The notes beneath the pieces are model-generated. The model was not told where the DNA came from and made no database searches. It saw only the letters and a program-made list of their open reading frames with translations. Below are positions 37,390 to 46,735 of a stretch of DNA of 64,000 bases, piece by piece. Numbering within the stretch: the stretch's first letter is position 1; every line of letters begins with the position of its first letter. This DNA comes from Armatimonadota bacterium (GTDB lineage: Bacteria > Armatimonadota > SYMT01), in assembly GCA_041690135.1 (NCBI GenBank), contig JAWLHY010000002.1:160001-224000 (forward strand). Reading direction: 5' to 3'. The position numbers and the translations under genes are program-made.

Positions 37390-39624
37390 CTAAGCATTAC
37401 AAGTCTGCCTGGGGGCGGAGCACTCTTCGGATACCGGGCACGGGGAGACATACTCCACGTCGAATTCCACCTGCCGGCAGATCGGCGGGAAGATGTCCTT
37501 GCCGAAAAGCAGATAGAGGGCCAGGGTATAGGGACGGTCGTTGAGATACGGGAGGGACTCGGCTCGCTGCCAGAGACGGCGGACATAAGCCGCGAAGAGC
37601 AGCATGAGCTGGCATTCGATCACCTGCCGCTCTCGCTCCTGCTCTGGATCGTAATCCGGCTGCAACCGGCGTCGCCCTTCCCGCTTCGCGGCTTCCTTCT
37701 CTCGACGGAGTGCCGATTGCCGGGCGGCCAGCAACTCCGTGCGGCGCGCCGACAGCGCTTCGATCTGCTCGGCGACCGGGAGCGGAAGGTCCCGGCCCAA
37801 CTCGCGCAGCAGGAGGTCCCCATCCGGGAAGGCGCGGAGCTGGCGGGCCAGTTTCGCCAGCCGCGGGTCTTCGCTCAGCGCCTCTTCCCAGCGCCCCCCG
37901 CGCGCGTTCAGCGCCATCAGCCGCGCCAGGTGCACATGCTGCCCGACATGACAGTGGGAGAGGAGATCGAGCATCCGGTGGGCGTCTCCGGCCACGCGCC
38001 GCCACTGGTGGGCGACCGTCCTTGCCGTGGTTACCCGGCCTAGCGTTCCCTCCAGGAACCGGGGCATCCGTAGCGGCAGGTCGCCCATGGCATCGAGCCG
38101 GTCGAGGGCATTCAGGCCGATCCGAATCAGAAGGCCGGTGTTCTGGTGCAGCACGCCCCGCGCCCGAAGACCGCTGACGAGGTGGTCGACCATCGGCGCG
38201 TACTTACTGCCCTGGCGCGGAAGTCCCAGGCCACGCGGTGAACGCTGGAGCTCGGCCGCAAACGCTGCCGCCTTGCCGACGATCGCCAGGTCTTCGATCT
38301 CTCCGAGGCTCTCCAGCAACGCATGGAGCAGGGTATGCGCCGAGTCTACGCGTCCCTCCGCTTCCACCACGATGCTGCCGGCGCTCTCGTTCCGGAGCGT
38401 GATCACCGTGCGCTCCGTGCCGGACAGCTCGAGGCCGTAGCGATAGATGGGAGTGCCCGGCCCACCGGGGGCTAGCTCTACGAAGAAGGGTGGCGTGTAG
38501 TGTCCGGTGCGCGGATCGTATTTCATCCGCTGGAGGCCGAACCCGACCCGGTTCAGGGCGTCGTTGTAGGCCTCGGAGAACTCACGGGGGTGGCGGAGCG
38601 CCAGGTCCAGGAAGAAGTGGAGGGTCTGTTCCGGGGCCCGGAGCCGTTCCAGGTCCGCATTGGAGAGACCGGCGAAACGGCTGGCGCGGTCAAGCGCCAT
38701 CCGGTCGGCCGGGAAGATTTCGTGGGTGAGCCACTCCCCGAAGGCGATCTGGAAGTCCGCGACGCTGGCATCGGGGTGCGCTTCAAGGTAGTCCCGCGCC
38801 CAGTCGGCCACACGGCGTGCCCGGGCCGCGACCCCCTTGCGGTGCACCGGGTTCACGGCCAGTCGCATGGCCCCGCGGGCCGCGGCATGGATCTGCAGCC
38901 AGCTCGCCGCCGAGCGCAGCTCCGGATCGTTCGCCGGGATGCTGGAGAGGATCTCGTTTGCGTTCTCCACCGGCACGATGCCGTAGAGCCCCTCGGTTTT
39001 GGTGAAAGCGTAATAAAGGGCCGCGGCGGGATGATCCTCGCCGAGCTGCCGCAACTCTTCGCGATGGAGACCCGGCCCCAGGCGGGTAGCGGCATCAGCG
39101 CTCGGACCACCGGCAGCGTTCGGGAGGACTACCCCCAGTTCCCCGAGGGCACGCAGCCACGACGGATCCCGGAGGATCTCGGCGGCATGCTTCTCCCACA
39201 ACAATGCCGAGCGGTGCAGGTGGACAGAGGCGGAAGCGAACTGTTCCGGGGAGACGGCCTCCGTGAAAAACAGGCCGTAAGAGGTGTCCTGGTGCTCCCA
39301 CACGGCTCCGGCGCGGCCCCGGTAGTAATCTTCCGTGAGCACGTACTTGCGGCCCGCCTGCCGCCAACCGCGCGTCAGGCGCGCGTCGGCCGTTCCGAGG
39401 CGCTCGTCCTGCACGAAAAAAGTGATCTCGGCGCCGCTGTCGCCCACCGCGCGGGAAAGACAGTGGTTGGCCAGTACGGCATCCCAGGCCTGGTTCTGGT
39501 CGCCCTTGTAGACGTGCTGGACGTCCCGGATGGCCAGGGCTTCCTGGATCTCCGCGGGTCGGTCCGTTGTCGCCCGGAGCGTCACAAACTGATCGCCCCG
39601 GTTGATGACCGCAGCGGGCTTCAT
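37390..39624 (-). CDS. Large hypothetical protein, possible distant BshC-like protein
   Basis: 744 aa with strong coding bias; motifs KGDQ..., F...YN.AL, PFF, GSKY...D; C-terminal coiled coil. Confidence 0.6.
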   Translation of the reverse strand: MKPAAVINRGDQFVTLRATTDRPAEIQEALAIRDVQHVYKGDQNQAWDAVLANHCLSRAVGDSGAEITFFVQDERLGTADARLTRGWRQAGRKYVLTEDYYRGRAGAVWEHQDTSYGLFFTEAVSPEQFASASVHLHRSALLWEKHAAEILRDPSWLRALGELGVVLPNAAGGPSADAATRLGPGLHREELRQLGEDHPAAALYYAFTKTEGLYGIVPVENANEILSSIPANDPELRSAASWLQIHAAARGAMRLAVNPVHRKGVAARARRVADWARDYLEAHPDASVADFQIAFGEWLTHEIFPADRMALDRASRFAGLSNADLERLRAPEQTLHFFLDLALRHPREFSEAYNDALNRVGFGLQRMKYDPRTGHYTPPFFVELAPGGPGTPIYRYGLELSGTERTVITLRNESAGSIVVEAEGRVDSAHTLLHALLESLGEIEDLAIVGKAAAFAAELQRSPRGLGLPRQGSKYAPMVDHLVSGLRARGVLHQNTGLLIRIGLNALDRLDAMGDLPLRMPRFLEGTLGRVTTARTVAHQWRRVAGDAHRMLDLLSHCHVGQHVHLARLMALNARGGRWEEALSEDPRLAKLARQLRAFPDGDLLLRELGRDLPLPVAEQIEALSARRTELLAARQSALRREKEAAKREGRRRLQPDYDPEQERERQVIECQLMLLFAAYVRRLWQRAESLPYLNDRPYTLALYLLFGKDIFPPICRQVEFDVEYVSPCPVSEECSAPRQTCNA

Positions 39625-39786
39625 CGTGCTTCCATCTCCCTCGTCCCACGCCGCCGTGCGACGCCGTCTCCGCCTTCTGTTGGTTAGCTGCCGGTCACGG
39701 GTTCCCCTGCCCGGAGACCGGGTGGTGACAGGCCGGTAAACCGAGCCTCAGTTTACCCCCCGCTTTTCACAGGCGTAAACAGCGGG

Positions 39787-39952
39787 TTAGGGGCCAGGGG
39801 TTGGGGGCCAGGGGTCGGGGATTAGTGGTTGGGGCTTAGGGGCCAGGGGTTAGGGGCCGGGGGCTATACTTATGCCTGAACATTTACCCCCCACAGGGGG
39901 GCCCGAATACCTGAACACCCGAATACCTGAACACCCGAATACCTGAACACCC
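39787..39952. repeat. Heptamer (GTTAGGG/GCCAGGG) and octamer (CCCGAATA/CCTGAACA) tracts with a 19-nt insert
   Basis: About 11 heptamers at 39787-39863; CCTGAACA[TTTACCCCCCACAGGGGGG](CCCGAATACCTGAACA)x3. Confidence 0.85.
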
Positions 39953-39964
39953 ACCGCCTACCGC

Positions 39965-40429
39965 CTACCTTACCCCCGCGGTCTCGCGCGCTTCATCCTC
40001 CCGGGCCGAAGCGACCGCGGACTCGGCGGCGTGCTTTACCCGGCCGAGCCGGCGAGCCATGTCTCCCAGCACCTGGGCCTTGCGCGATAGGTCAACCTGG
40101 ACTTCCTTCACTTCCGCTGCGGCCTGCTGAGCAGGCGGCATCACCTCTCCCGCGATCTTGCGGGTCGTCTCCACACGCCGTTTAACGAGGCTGGTTACCG
40201 CTTTGACGCGCGAAACCACCGCGCTCCCCTGGGTCTTGGTCTGGTTCGCCATGGCCTGCCCCAACTGCTGCAGTCCCTGGACCTCCCGCATGAGCGGCTG
40301 GACGCGCCGCTGGCCCTTGCGCGCAGTCTGCATCATCATCGAGGCCACGTAGCCCATCGCGGCCACGCAAACCACCTCGATAATGGCCATTACCACGAAG
40401 AACGTATCCCACGCCGTCAAGCCGGCCAT
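39965..40429 (-). CDS. Hypothetical membrane-anchored coiled-coil protein
   Basis: N-terminal TM plus heptad-rich helix; RBS GAGG, upstream TACAAT. Confidence 0.65.
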   Translation of the reverse strand: MAGLTAWDTFFVVMAIIEVVCVAAMGYVASMMMQTARKGQRRVQPLMREVQGLQQLGQAMANQTKTQGSAVVSRVKAVTSLVKRRVETTRKIAGEVMPPAQQAAAEVKEVQVDLSRKAQVLGDMARRLGRVKHAAESAVASAREDEARETAGVR

Positions 40430-40544
40430 GCAGCACCTCGCTTTCCGCGACCATTGTACCCCGGGGGACGACCGTCTTCAAACTTCCCGGCCGGGAAGGG
40501 AACCCGAGTTGTCAGGGCGATGGGCAGACGGTGACCGGGAGTGA

Positions 40545-40703
40545 CGTAGGCGTCTCGTCCGCGGGCGTTCGATCACGATCACAAACACTGACTGTGCTCG
40601 CGAGGGTGGGGCGGGCGTCCCGCCCGCCAGTATGGCGAATGAGTGGAGTGCGTGGAGCGGGCGTCTCGCCCGCCGGTGTTCGATTACGATTGCGATCACG
40701 AGG
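40545..40703. repeat. Cluster of REP-like GCGGGCGTC(C/T)CGCCCGC hairpins and CGATCA hexamers
   Basis: Three related hairpins (about 40546, 40607, 40653); another copy at 59866-59889 on the minus strand. Confidence 0.65.
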
Positions 40704-40710
40704 AATAGGC

Positions 40711-40752
40711 AAGCAACAGGGGGAGGACCGAGCGGTCCTCCCCCTGTTGCTT
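40711..40752 (-). terminator. Hairpin terminator downstream of the DUF1501 gene
   Basis: AAGCAACAGGGGGAGGACCG-AG-CGGTCCTCCCCCTGTTGCTT. Confidence 0.75.
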
Positions 40753-40787
40753 GCGTCCGTTCCGGGTTCTCCCGAGCGGGAACCGGT

Positions 40788-42113
40788 TTACCCCCAGAGT
40801 TCCTGGATCACCTTACCGCCCTGGGCGAGGTGGATCGGGCGGCCGGTGGGGGTGATGTATTGCTTGTTATGATCGATGCCGAGCGTGTGGTACAGGGTGG
40901 TGGCCACGTCTTCCACGTGCACCGGCCGGTCCGCCGGCACGCCGCCCTGCTCGTCGCTCTTGCCGATGACCTGTCCGCCGTGGATACCGGCGCCGGCGAA
41001 CACCACGAACCGGCAGCGGGACCAGTGGTCGCGGCCGCCCCGCGGGTTGATCTTCGGCGTGCGGCCGAACTCGCCCATCAGCACCACCAGTGTCTTGTCG
41101 AGCATCCCGCGCTGGGAGAGGTCCGCGATGAGACCGGCGAAGGCCTTGTCGAGCTCCGGCAGCAGACGGGTGGAGAGGTTCTGGAAGTTGTTCTGGTGGG
41201 TGTCCCAGCCATTCTTCTGGATCGTCACGAACCGGGCGCCGCCTTCCACCAACCGCCGGCCGAGGAGAGCACCCTGGCCGTAGGTGGTCTGCCCGTACAT
41301 CTCCCGGATCGAGTTGGGCTCCTGGCTGATGTCGAACGCCTTCTTCGCGTCACTGGAGGTCACCAACTCGTAAGCCCGCTCGTAGAAGGTGTCCACCGCC
41401 TTGACGTTGCCGTCCGGCAGGGCTGCCGCGAACCGGTCGTTCATCCGCTGGGTGAACCCGCGGCGCCGGGCGAGGCGCGAGTCGTTCACCCCACGCGGCA
41501 GGTTCACGTCCTGGACGCGGAAGTTGCCGGCGGAGGGGTCGGCCACGGTGAAGGCGTTGTAGCCGCCGCCGATGAAGCCGGCCTGGCCGCCGCGCCCGAT
41601 GTCCGGGATGGCGATGTACGCCGGGATGTTGTTCTTGGGGCCCAGTTCCTTGGAGACCACGGAGCCGTAGCTGGCGTACTCCAGGGTCGGCAGCGGGCGG
41701 TAGCCCGTGAGCAGGTACTGCGTGGCCTGCTCGTGGGCCGCGATGTTCGAGGTCAGCGAGCGGACAATGGCGATCTTATCCGTCACCCTTGCCGTGTGGG
41801 GCAGGTGCTCGGAGATCCGGATGCCGGAGACGTTGGTCTCGATGGCGTTGAACTCGCCGCGAATCTCGGACGGCGCGTCCGGCTTCGGGTCGAACGTGTC
41901 CAGGTGGCTCGGGCCACCGGAGCACCAGAGCAGGATGACCGATTCCGCCTTCGGAGCGTTCGACGCTCCGGCCGCCGCGGCGGCACTGCGCAGGGACAGG
42001 AACTGGGGCAGGGAGAGCCCGAAGAAGGAGAGGGCGCCCACCTTCATCAGGTCGCGGCGGTTCACTCCCTCGCAGTTCCGAGCGACGTTGTTGCCAAGCA
42101 AAACAGTCTTCAT
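40788..42113 (-). CDS. DUF1501-domain protein (Tat)
   Basis: RRDLMKVG, GGPSHLDTFDPKP, GWDTH, GEFGRTPKIN..GGRDHW. Confidence 0.92.
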   Translation of the reverse strand: MKTVLLGNNVARNCEGVNRRDLMKVGALSFFGLSLPQFLSLRSAAAAAGASNAPKAESVILLWCSGGPSHLDTFDPKPDAPSEIRGEFNAIETNVSGIRISEHLPHTARVTDKIAIVRSLTSNIAAHEQATQYLLTGYRPLPTLEYASYGSVVSKELGPKNNIPAYIAIPDIGRGGQAGFIGGGYNAFTVADPSAGNFRVQDVNLPRGVNDSRLARRRGFTQRMNDRFAAALPDGNVKAVDTFYERAYELVTSSDAKKAFDISQEPNSIREMYGQTTYGQGALLGRRLVEGGARFVTIQKNGWDTHQNNFQNLSTRLLPELDKAFAGLIADLSQRGMLDKTLVVLMGEFGRTPKINPRGGRDHWSRCRFVVFAGAGIHGGQVIGKSDEQGGVPADRPVHVEDVATTLYHTLGIDHNKQYITPTGRPIHLAQGGKVIQELWG

Positions 42114-42128
42114 AGTAAACCCTCCGGC

Positions 42129-44879
42129 CTAATGGTTAAAGAGGAACTCGCGGGAGTTGAGCAGGCTCCACATCAGGTCTTCGATCCCCTCCTTGCGGGA
42201 CGCCGAGGACCGCAGCAGGGCGGCGGCCTCCTCCATCTCGGTGGGGTTGGGCCGCCGGCTCAGGGCAGCCAGATACAGCTCTTCGATGACGAGCGGGTCC
42301 GGCTTCCCGGAGGCCGCCAGGGACTGGACACGGCTCTGGGGAGCGGCGATCTTCTGGTTCACGATGTCCCCGTTGATCAGCGCCAGGGCCTGCCCGATGT
42401 TCCCGTCCGAAGAGCGCTCGCACTCGCACACGGCTTCCCGGCGCGGCTTGCCGAACGTGTTCAGGAACTGGGCCGCCGGCAGGAGGCCGCCGCGGTTCTG
42501 GCCCGGCACGATGCCCGCCAACTGCATCACGCGGGTCACCTGTCCTTCCGGCATGGCATCCAGGGCCGCCTGGACCTGCAGGTTGGCTACCTGCGGCCGG
42601 CGGCGGCGGTTCCGTCCGATCGGACCGGTCTCCAGGAAAACGCCGGTGGCCTGGCTGATGCTGTCGTAAAGCTGCTCAGCCATCAGGCGCTTCGGATAGA
42701 ACCGGGCAAAGTTGGCGGTATCCGCCTGGTTGTACTGATTCGGCTTCGAGGACTGCTGGTAGGCGCGCGAATTCAGGATCACGCGGTGCATGTGCTTCAC
42801 GTCGAACTTGTGATCCGTGAAGTCCTTGGCCAGCGCAGCCAGCAGTTCCGGGTTCGAGGCCGGGTTCGTGACGCGGAAGTCGTCGATCGGCTCGACGATG
42901 CCGCGGCCGAAGTAGTGGCCCCACAGGCGGTTCACCAGCGCGGGGGAGAACCACGCATTGGAAGGCGAGGTCATCCACTCCGCGAAGGCCACGCGGCGGT
43001 CATCCCCGCGGTCGAACTTGCGGAGCTCGACATCGTCCAGCGTCTTCGGGTCCATCACCTCGTTGGTCTTCGGATGCCGAGGACCGGGAGCCCGGGGATT
43101 GTACTGGACCACGTTCGGCGCCTGGTTTCCACCCTGAGCACGGATGCCGGTGAAGAAGGCGGCCAGACCGTAGTAGTCGTTCTGCGTCCACTTCTCGAAC
43201 GGATGGTTGTGGCACCGGGCGCACTCGATCCGCACTCCCATGAAGATCTGGCTGGTGGCACTGGTGACATCCAGCGGATCCCGGGAGATCACGTAGTAGT
43301 TGGACGCCGGGTTCGGCGCAACCGAGTTCACCAGCCGGGCCAACTGCTCGCCGCGCGGGTTGCGCTGGAGCTGCGGGGGCAAGTTGTTCAGGTCCAACAC
43401 CAGGTTGGTGTTCTTCCCCTTGGCCGTGATCAGGTCGCGGGTGAACTCGTCGAACGGTCGGTTCGCGGCCACCTGCTCGCGGATCCACTTCGCGAAGGCG
43501 CCGACCCCGAGGCGGGTGAGCCGCGGATTGTTGCGGAGCGTGTCGTTCCACTTCATCGCCCACAGGTCGACGTGCTCTTCCCGCTCCAGCAGCACGTCGA
43601 TGAGCTTGGCGCGCTTGTTGGGCGACGAGTCGCTGACGAAGGAGCGGACTTCCTCCGGCGTGGGGATGATGCCGCAGACGTCGAGGTAGACGCGGCGCAC
43701 GAACTCCTCATCCGTGCAGAGGTCGCTCGGCACCATGTGGAGCTTCTGGAGCTTCTTCTGCACGAATTCGTCGATGTAGTTGTTCTGCGCCAGCTTCGGG
43801 TACTTCTCCGGCTTCAGCGCGGGCAGCACGGCCACCCGGGAGATGGCGACCTGGCCCAGGTAGCGGACCATCACGGCGGTTTCGCCCTGGCGCCGGGCCG
43901 TGACGTTGCCGTATTCGTCCACTTCGGCGATGGCGTCGTCGTTGCTGCTGAACAGCACCTTGTCCGTCACGTCGCGGGTGGTGCCGTCCGACATCACCGC
44001 GGTCACCGCCAGCCGTTGCTTCACGCCGGGGCGCGGCATCCACGGCTCGTCGGGGATCACCACTACCTGCTTGACGCGCGCCTCGAACTCGGCCAGGCCG
44101 GAAGCGCCGTCCTTCAGCCACTGGAGCAGTGTCTTGTATTCGGGGCTGCCGACCTTGAACCGCATCCCACCGCCGTGCGGCACGGCCATGGTCGCCTTGG
44201 TAAGGAGCAGGCTCTTCTCCGGCTCCTTCAGGTTCACGCGGCGTCCGTCGTCCGATTTGACGATCGCCGGGTGATCCAGGTCCGGCTCGTAGCCGAACAG
44301 GGAAAGCTTGAATCCGCCCTTGCCGACCGGCGAGCCGTGGCAGGCGGTGTTGTTGCATCCGCCCTTGGCCAGGATCGGCATCACGTCGTTGATGAAGTCC
44401 AGCGGGCTCTCCGCGTCGGCGTTGGCCACGGTGAAGTCCGCGCCGCCCGACTTCAGCTTGCCGAGCGTGGCCGTAACGCGGGTCTCTCCATCCTTAACCG
44501 GGTAGAGCACGCCGCCGGCGATCTTCGCGACGCTCTTGTCGCTGAGCCCGAAGGTGACGTGGTCCGTCACGTCGACGGTGGCGCCGTCCCGCGTGGTGCC
44601 GAGTACGATCAATCGCTGGCTGGAGCGCGGGCCTTCGAGTGCGGCCGAGGCGGGCGCGACATCGAGGCTGGTTAGATCCTTGAAGAGGGCCGTAACCGGA
44701 TCGGCGGGCTTCTTCTGCGTGGCGCCGGTCGTGGACCGGGTAGGTTTGGCGGCCGGCCGGGAGACCTTCTTCACCGGCTTGCGCGCCGGGCTCTTCCGGG
44801 CCGGGGCTGCCTGCGCGTTAGCTGTTACCAGCAGCGCGGCTGCCGCCATCCCGGCCCCCCAGAGGAGTCGTTCTTTCAT
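42129..44879 (-). CDS. DUF1549/DUF1553 (PSCyt2/PSD1) protein with Ig-like domains and CxxCH motifs
   Basis: GCN..ACHG, NYID.FV..KL, F.RRVYLD, CARCHNHPFEKWTQ.DYY, VNRLW....GRG, CECER, LLNSREFLFNH. Confidence 0.9.
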   Translation of the reverse strand: MKERLLWGAGMAAAALLVTANAQAAPARKSPARKPVKKVSRPAAKPTRSTTGATQKKPADPVTALFKDLTSLDVAPASAALEGPRSSQRLIVLGTTRDGATVDVTDHVTFGLSDKSVAKIAGGVLYPVKDGETRVTATLGKLKSGGADFTVANADAESPLDFINDVMPILAKGGCNNTACHGSPVGKGGFKLSLFGYEPDLDHPAIVKSDDGRRVNLKEPEKSLLLTKATMAVPHGGGMRFKVGSPEYKTLLQWLKDGASGLAEFEARVKQVVVIPDEPWMPRPGVKQRLAVTAVMSDGTTRDVTDKVLFSSNDDAIAEVDEYGNVTARRQGETAVMVRYLGQVAISRVAVLPALKPEKYPKLAQNNYIDEFVQKKLQKLHMVPSDLCTDEEFVRRVYLDVCGIIPTPEEVRSFVSDSSPNKRAKLIDVLLEREEHVDLWAMKWNDTLRNNPRLTRLGVGAFAKWIREQVAANRPFDEFTRDLITAKGKNTNLVLDLNNLPPQLQRNPRGEQLARLVNSVAPNPASNYYVISRDPLDVTSATSQIFMGVRIECARCHNHPFEKWTQNDYYGLAAFFTGIRAQGGNQAPNVVQYNPRAPGPRHPKTNEVMDPKTLDDVELRKFDRGDDRRVAFAEWMTSPSNAWFSPALVNRLWGHYFGRGIVEPIDDFRVTNPASNPELLAALAKDFTDHKFDVKHMHRVILNSRAYQQSSKPNQYNQADTANFARFYPKRLMAEQLYDSISQATGVFLETGPIGRNRRRRPQVANLQVQAALDAMPEGQVTRVMQLAGIVPGQNRGGLLPAAQFLNTFGKPRREAVCECERSSDGNIGQALALINGDIVNQKIAAPQSRVQSLAASGKPDPLVIEELYLAALSRRPNPTEMEEAAALLRSSASRKEGIEDLMWSLLNSREFLFNH

Positions 44880-45016
44880 GAAACCATCACCCCCGTGCAG
44901 CGTGGATCGTGGGGCGCCTGTCGTCCCGGGGGCGCTCCGCACGGTTGTCTACTGACTGCTACTATGGCAGACGGGGTGACGGGGAAGAGGGTTCAGAAAA
45001 GTGTACGGTATCCGCC

Positions 45017-46708
45017 CTACAACTTATGCAGGAACTGCAGCAGGTCGGAGGGGTCCACGGGCTTGGTCAGGTGGAAGTCGAAGCCGGCCTCGCGGGCGCG
45101 GCGCCGGTCCTCTTCCTGGCCGTAGCCGGAGATGGCGATGAGGCGCACTCGCCGGAGTTCCGGGTCCTCTCGCAGGGCCCGCGCGACCTCGAACCCGTCC
45201 AGGCCCGGCAGGCCCAGATCGCAAAGGATCACTTCCGGTTGGAACCGGTGGGCCGCCTGCAGCCCGGCCGGGCCGGTGTAGGCGAGCTCCACCTCGTGAC
45301 CGGAAAGCTCCAGGTAGTCCCGGAGGGCCTGGGCGGCATCCCGGTTGTCTTCGATCATCAGGATGCGGAAGATGCGGCGGGAGCCACGCCGCGGGGAGCC
45401 GCCGAACTCCCGGCTCTCCGCGGCGGAGGTGAGCGGCAGGGTGAAGGAGAACTCGGCGCCCCGGCCCGGTCCCTCGCTCCCGGCGCGGACGTTCCCACCA
45501 TGAAGCTCGACCAACCCCTTGACCAGCGCCAGGCCCAGCCCCAGGCCGCCCCGGCTGCGGTCGAGGGTGCGGTCGGCCTGGGCAAAGGTGTCGAACACAT
45601 GGGGCAGCATTTCCGGGCTGATGCCCATGCCGGAATCGCGCACGTTGACCACGGCCCACCCGCCTCCCGCAGCCGGGGCGGCGGGCTCGCAGGGTGTCGG
45701 GCTCTGGCCGGGAGTTCCTGGGAGGCTCGTCACGGGCGCGTCCGTTTCGGTGGTCGTCAGGGTGACGGTCACCTGTCCCCCGCTGTCGGTGAACTTGAGG
45801 GCATTGCTGAGCAGGTTGCCCAGGACCTGCGAGAGCCGCACCGCGTCCCCGTGGACCCAGACCGGCTCTTCCGGAACCTCGGCCGCGAGCGTCAGTTCCC
45901 CCTGCTCCAGCGCGGGCCGGTGGTCCGTTACGGTGTCCCGCACTACCCGGCCGAGGTCGAGGCGCTCGCAGGTCAGGAGCATCTTGCCCCGGGTAATGCG
46001 CGATACGTCGAGGAGCTCGTCCAGAAGGTGACCCTGGTGGCGGATCTGGCGGTCCAGGATCGCGGTGGCCTTGGTGAAGCGCTCCCGGTCGCTTCCGGCG
46101 ACTTTCAACACCTCCACGGCGTTGCGGATGGCGGCCAGGGGGTTGCGCAGCTCGTGCGCCAACATCGCCAGGAACTCGTCCTTCCGCCGGTGCGCTTCCT
46201 CCAGTTCGCGGTTCTTCAGTTCCAGTTCGTCGTGCTGGGCCTGCAGCCGCTTGAGCATGTCCAGCTTCTCGACGGCCCGGAGCACGGCCCGCTGCACGGC
46301 CGTGGGGGTGACCCGACCCTTGATCAGGTAGTCCTGCGCGCCGCTCTTTAGCGCGTCGACCGCCACCTCTTCACTCCCGGTCCCGGTGAGCATGATCACG
46401 GGCAGGGCATCGGTTCCCGTCTCGTCCGCCAGCGCACGGAGGAAGTCCAGGCCGTCCATATCCGGCAGGTGGAAATCGAGCAGTACCGTGTCGGGCTGCT
46501 CTCGCCGGAAAAGCTCCAGGCCTTCCCCGCCGGTCTCGGCCTCGATCAAAGCACAGGTCAGGCTGCCCTCGCGCGTGAGGTAACGCTTGACCGTTTCCCG
46601 GTCTTCGGGGGTATCGTCAACGATCAGGAGTTTCAAGGGCTCCCGGGCCTTCCGTGCAGGAGTCTCAGCGGCTGATGTAAGGGGTTCGGAGGGTTCGTGC
46701 GTGGCCAT
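45017..46708 (-). CDS. Hybrid histidine kinase (REC-HisKA-HATPase-REC)
   Basis: N-terminal REC; LAHELRNPL; [10 protein letters not shown]; D.G.GI; GLGLGL; C-terminal REC. Confidence 0.93.
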   Translation of the reverse strand: MATHEPSEPLTSAAETPARKAREPLKLLIVDDTPEDRETVKRYLTREGSLTCALIEAETGGEGLELFRREQPDTVLLDFHLPDMDGLDFLRALADETGTDALPVIMLTGTGSEEVAVDALKSGAQDYLIKGRVTPTAVQRAVLRAVEKLDMLKRLQAQHDELELKNRELEEAHRRKDEFLAMLAHELRNPLAAIRNAVEVLKVAGSDRERFTKATAILDRQIRHQGHLLDELLDVSRITRGKMLLTCERLDLGRVVRDTVTDHRPALEQGELTLAAEVPEEPVWVHGDAVRLSQVLGNLLSNALKFTDSGGQVTVTLTTTETDAPVTSLPGTPGQSPTPCEPAAPAAGGGWAVVNVRDSGMGISPEMLPHVFDTFAQADRTLDRSRGGLGLGLALVKGLVELHGGNVRAGSEGPGRGAEFSFTLPLTSAAESREFGGSPRRGSRRIFRILMIEDNRDAAQALRDYLELSGHEVELAYTGPAGLQAAHRFQPEVILCDLGLPGLDGFEVARALREDPELRRVRLIAISGYGQEEDRRRAREAGFDFHLTKPVDPSDLLQFLHKL

Positions 46709-46735
46709 TCTTGAACTGCAGAATCGCGACGGGCG

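Noticed and set aside
40632-44675. 1347-aa plus-strand ORF
   Set aside because: Antisense shadow of the DUF1501 and DUF1549/1553 genes; typical of high-GC codon bias and has no motifs.
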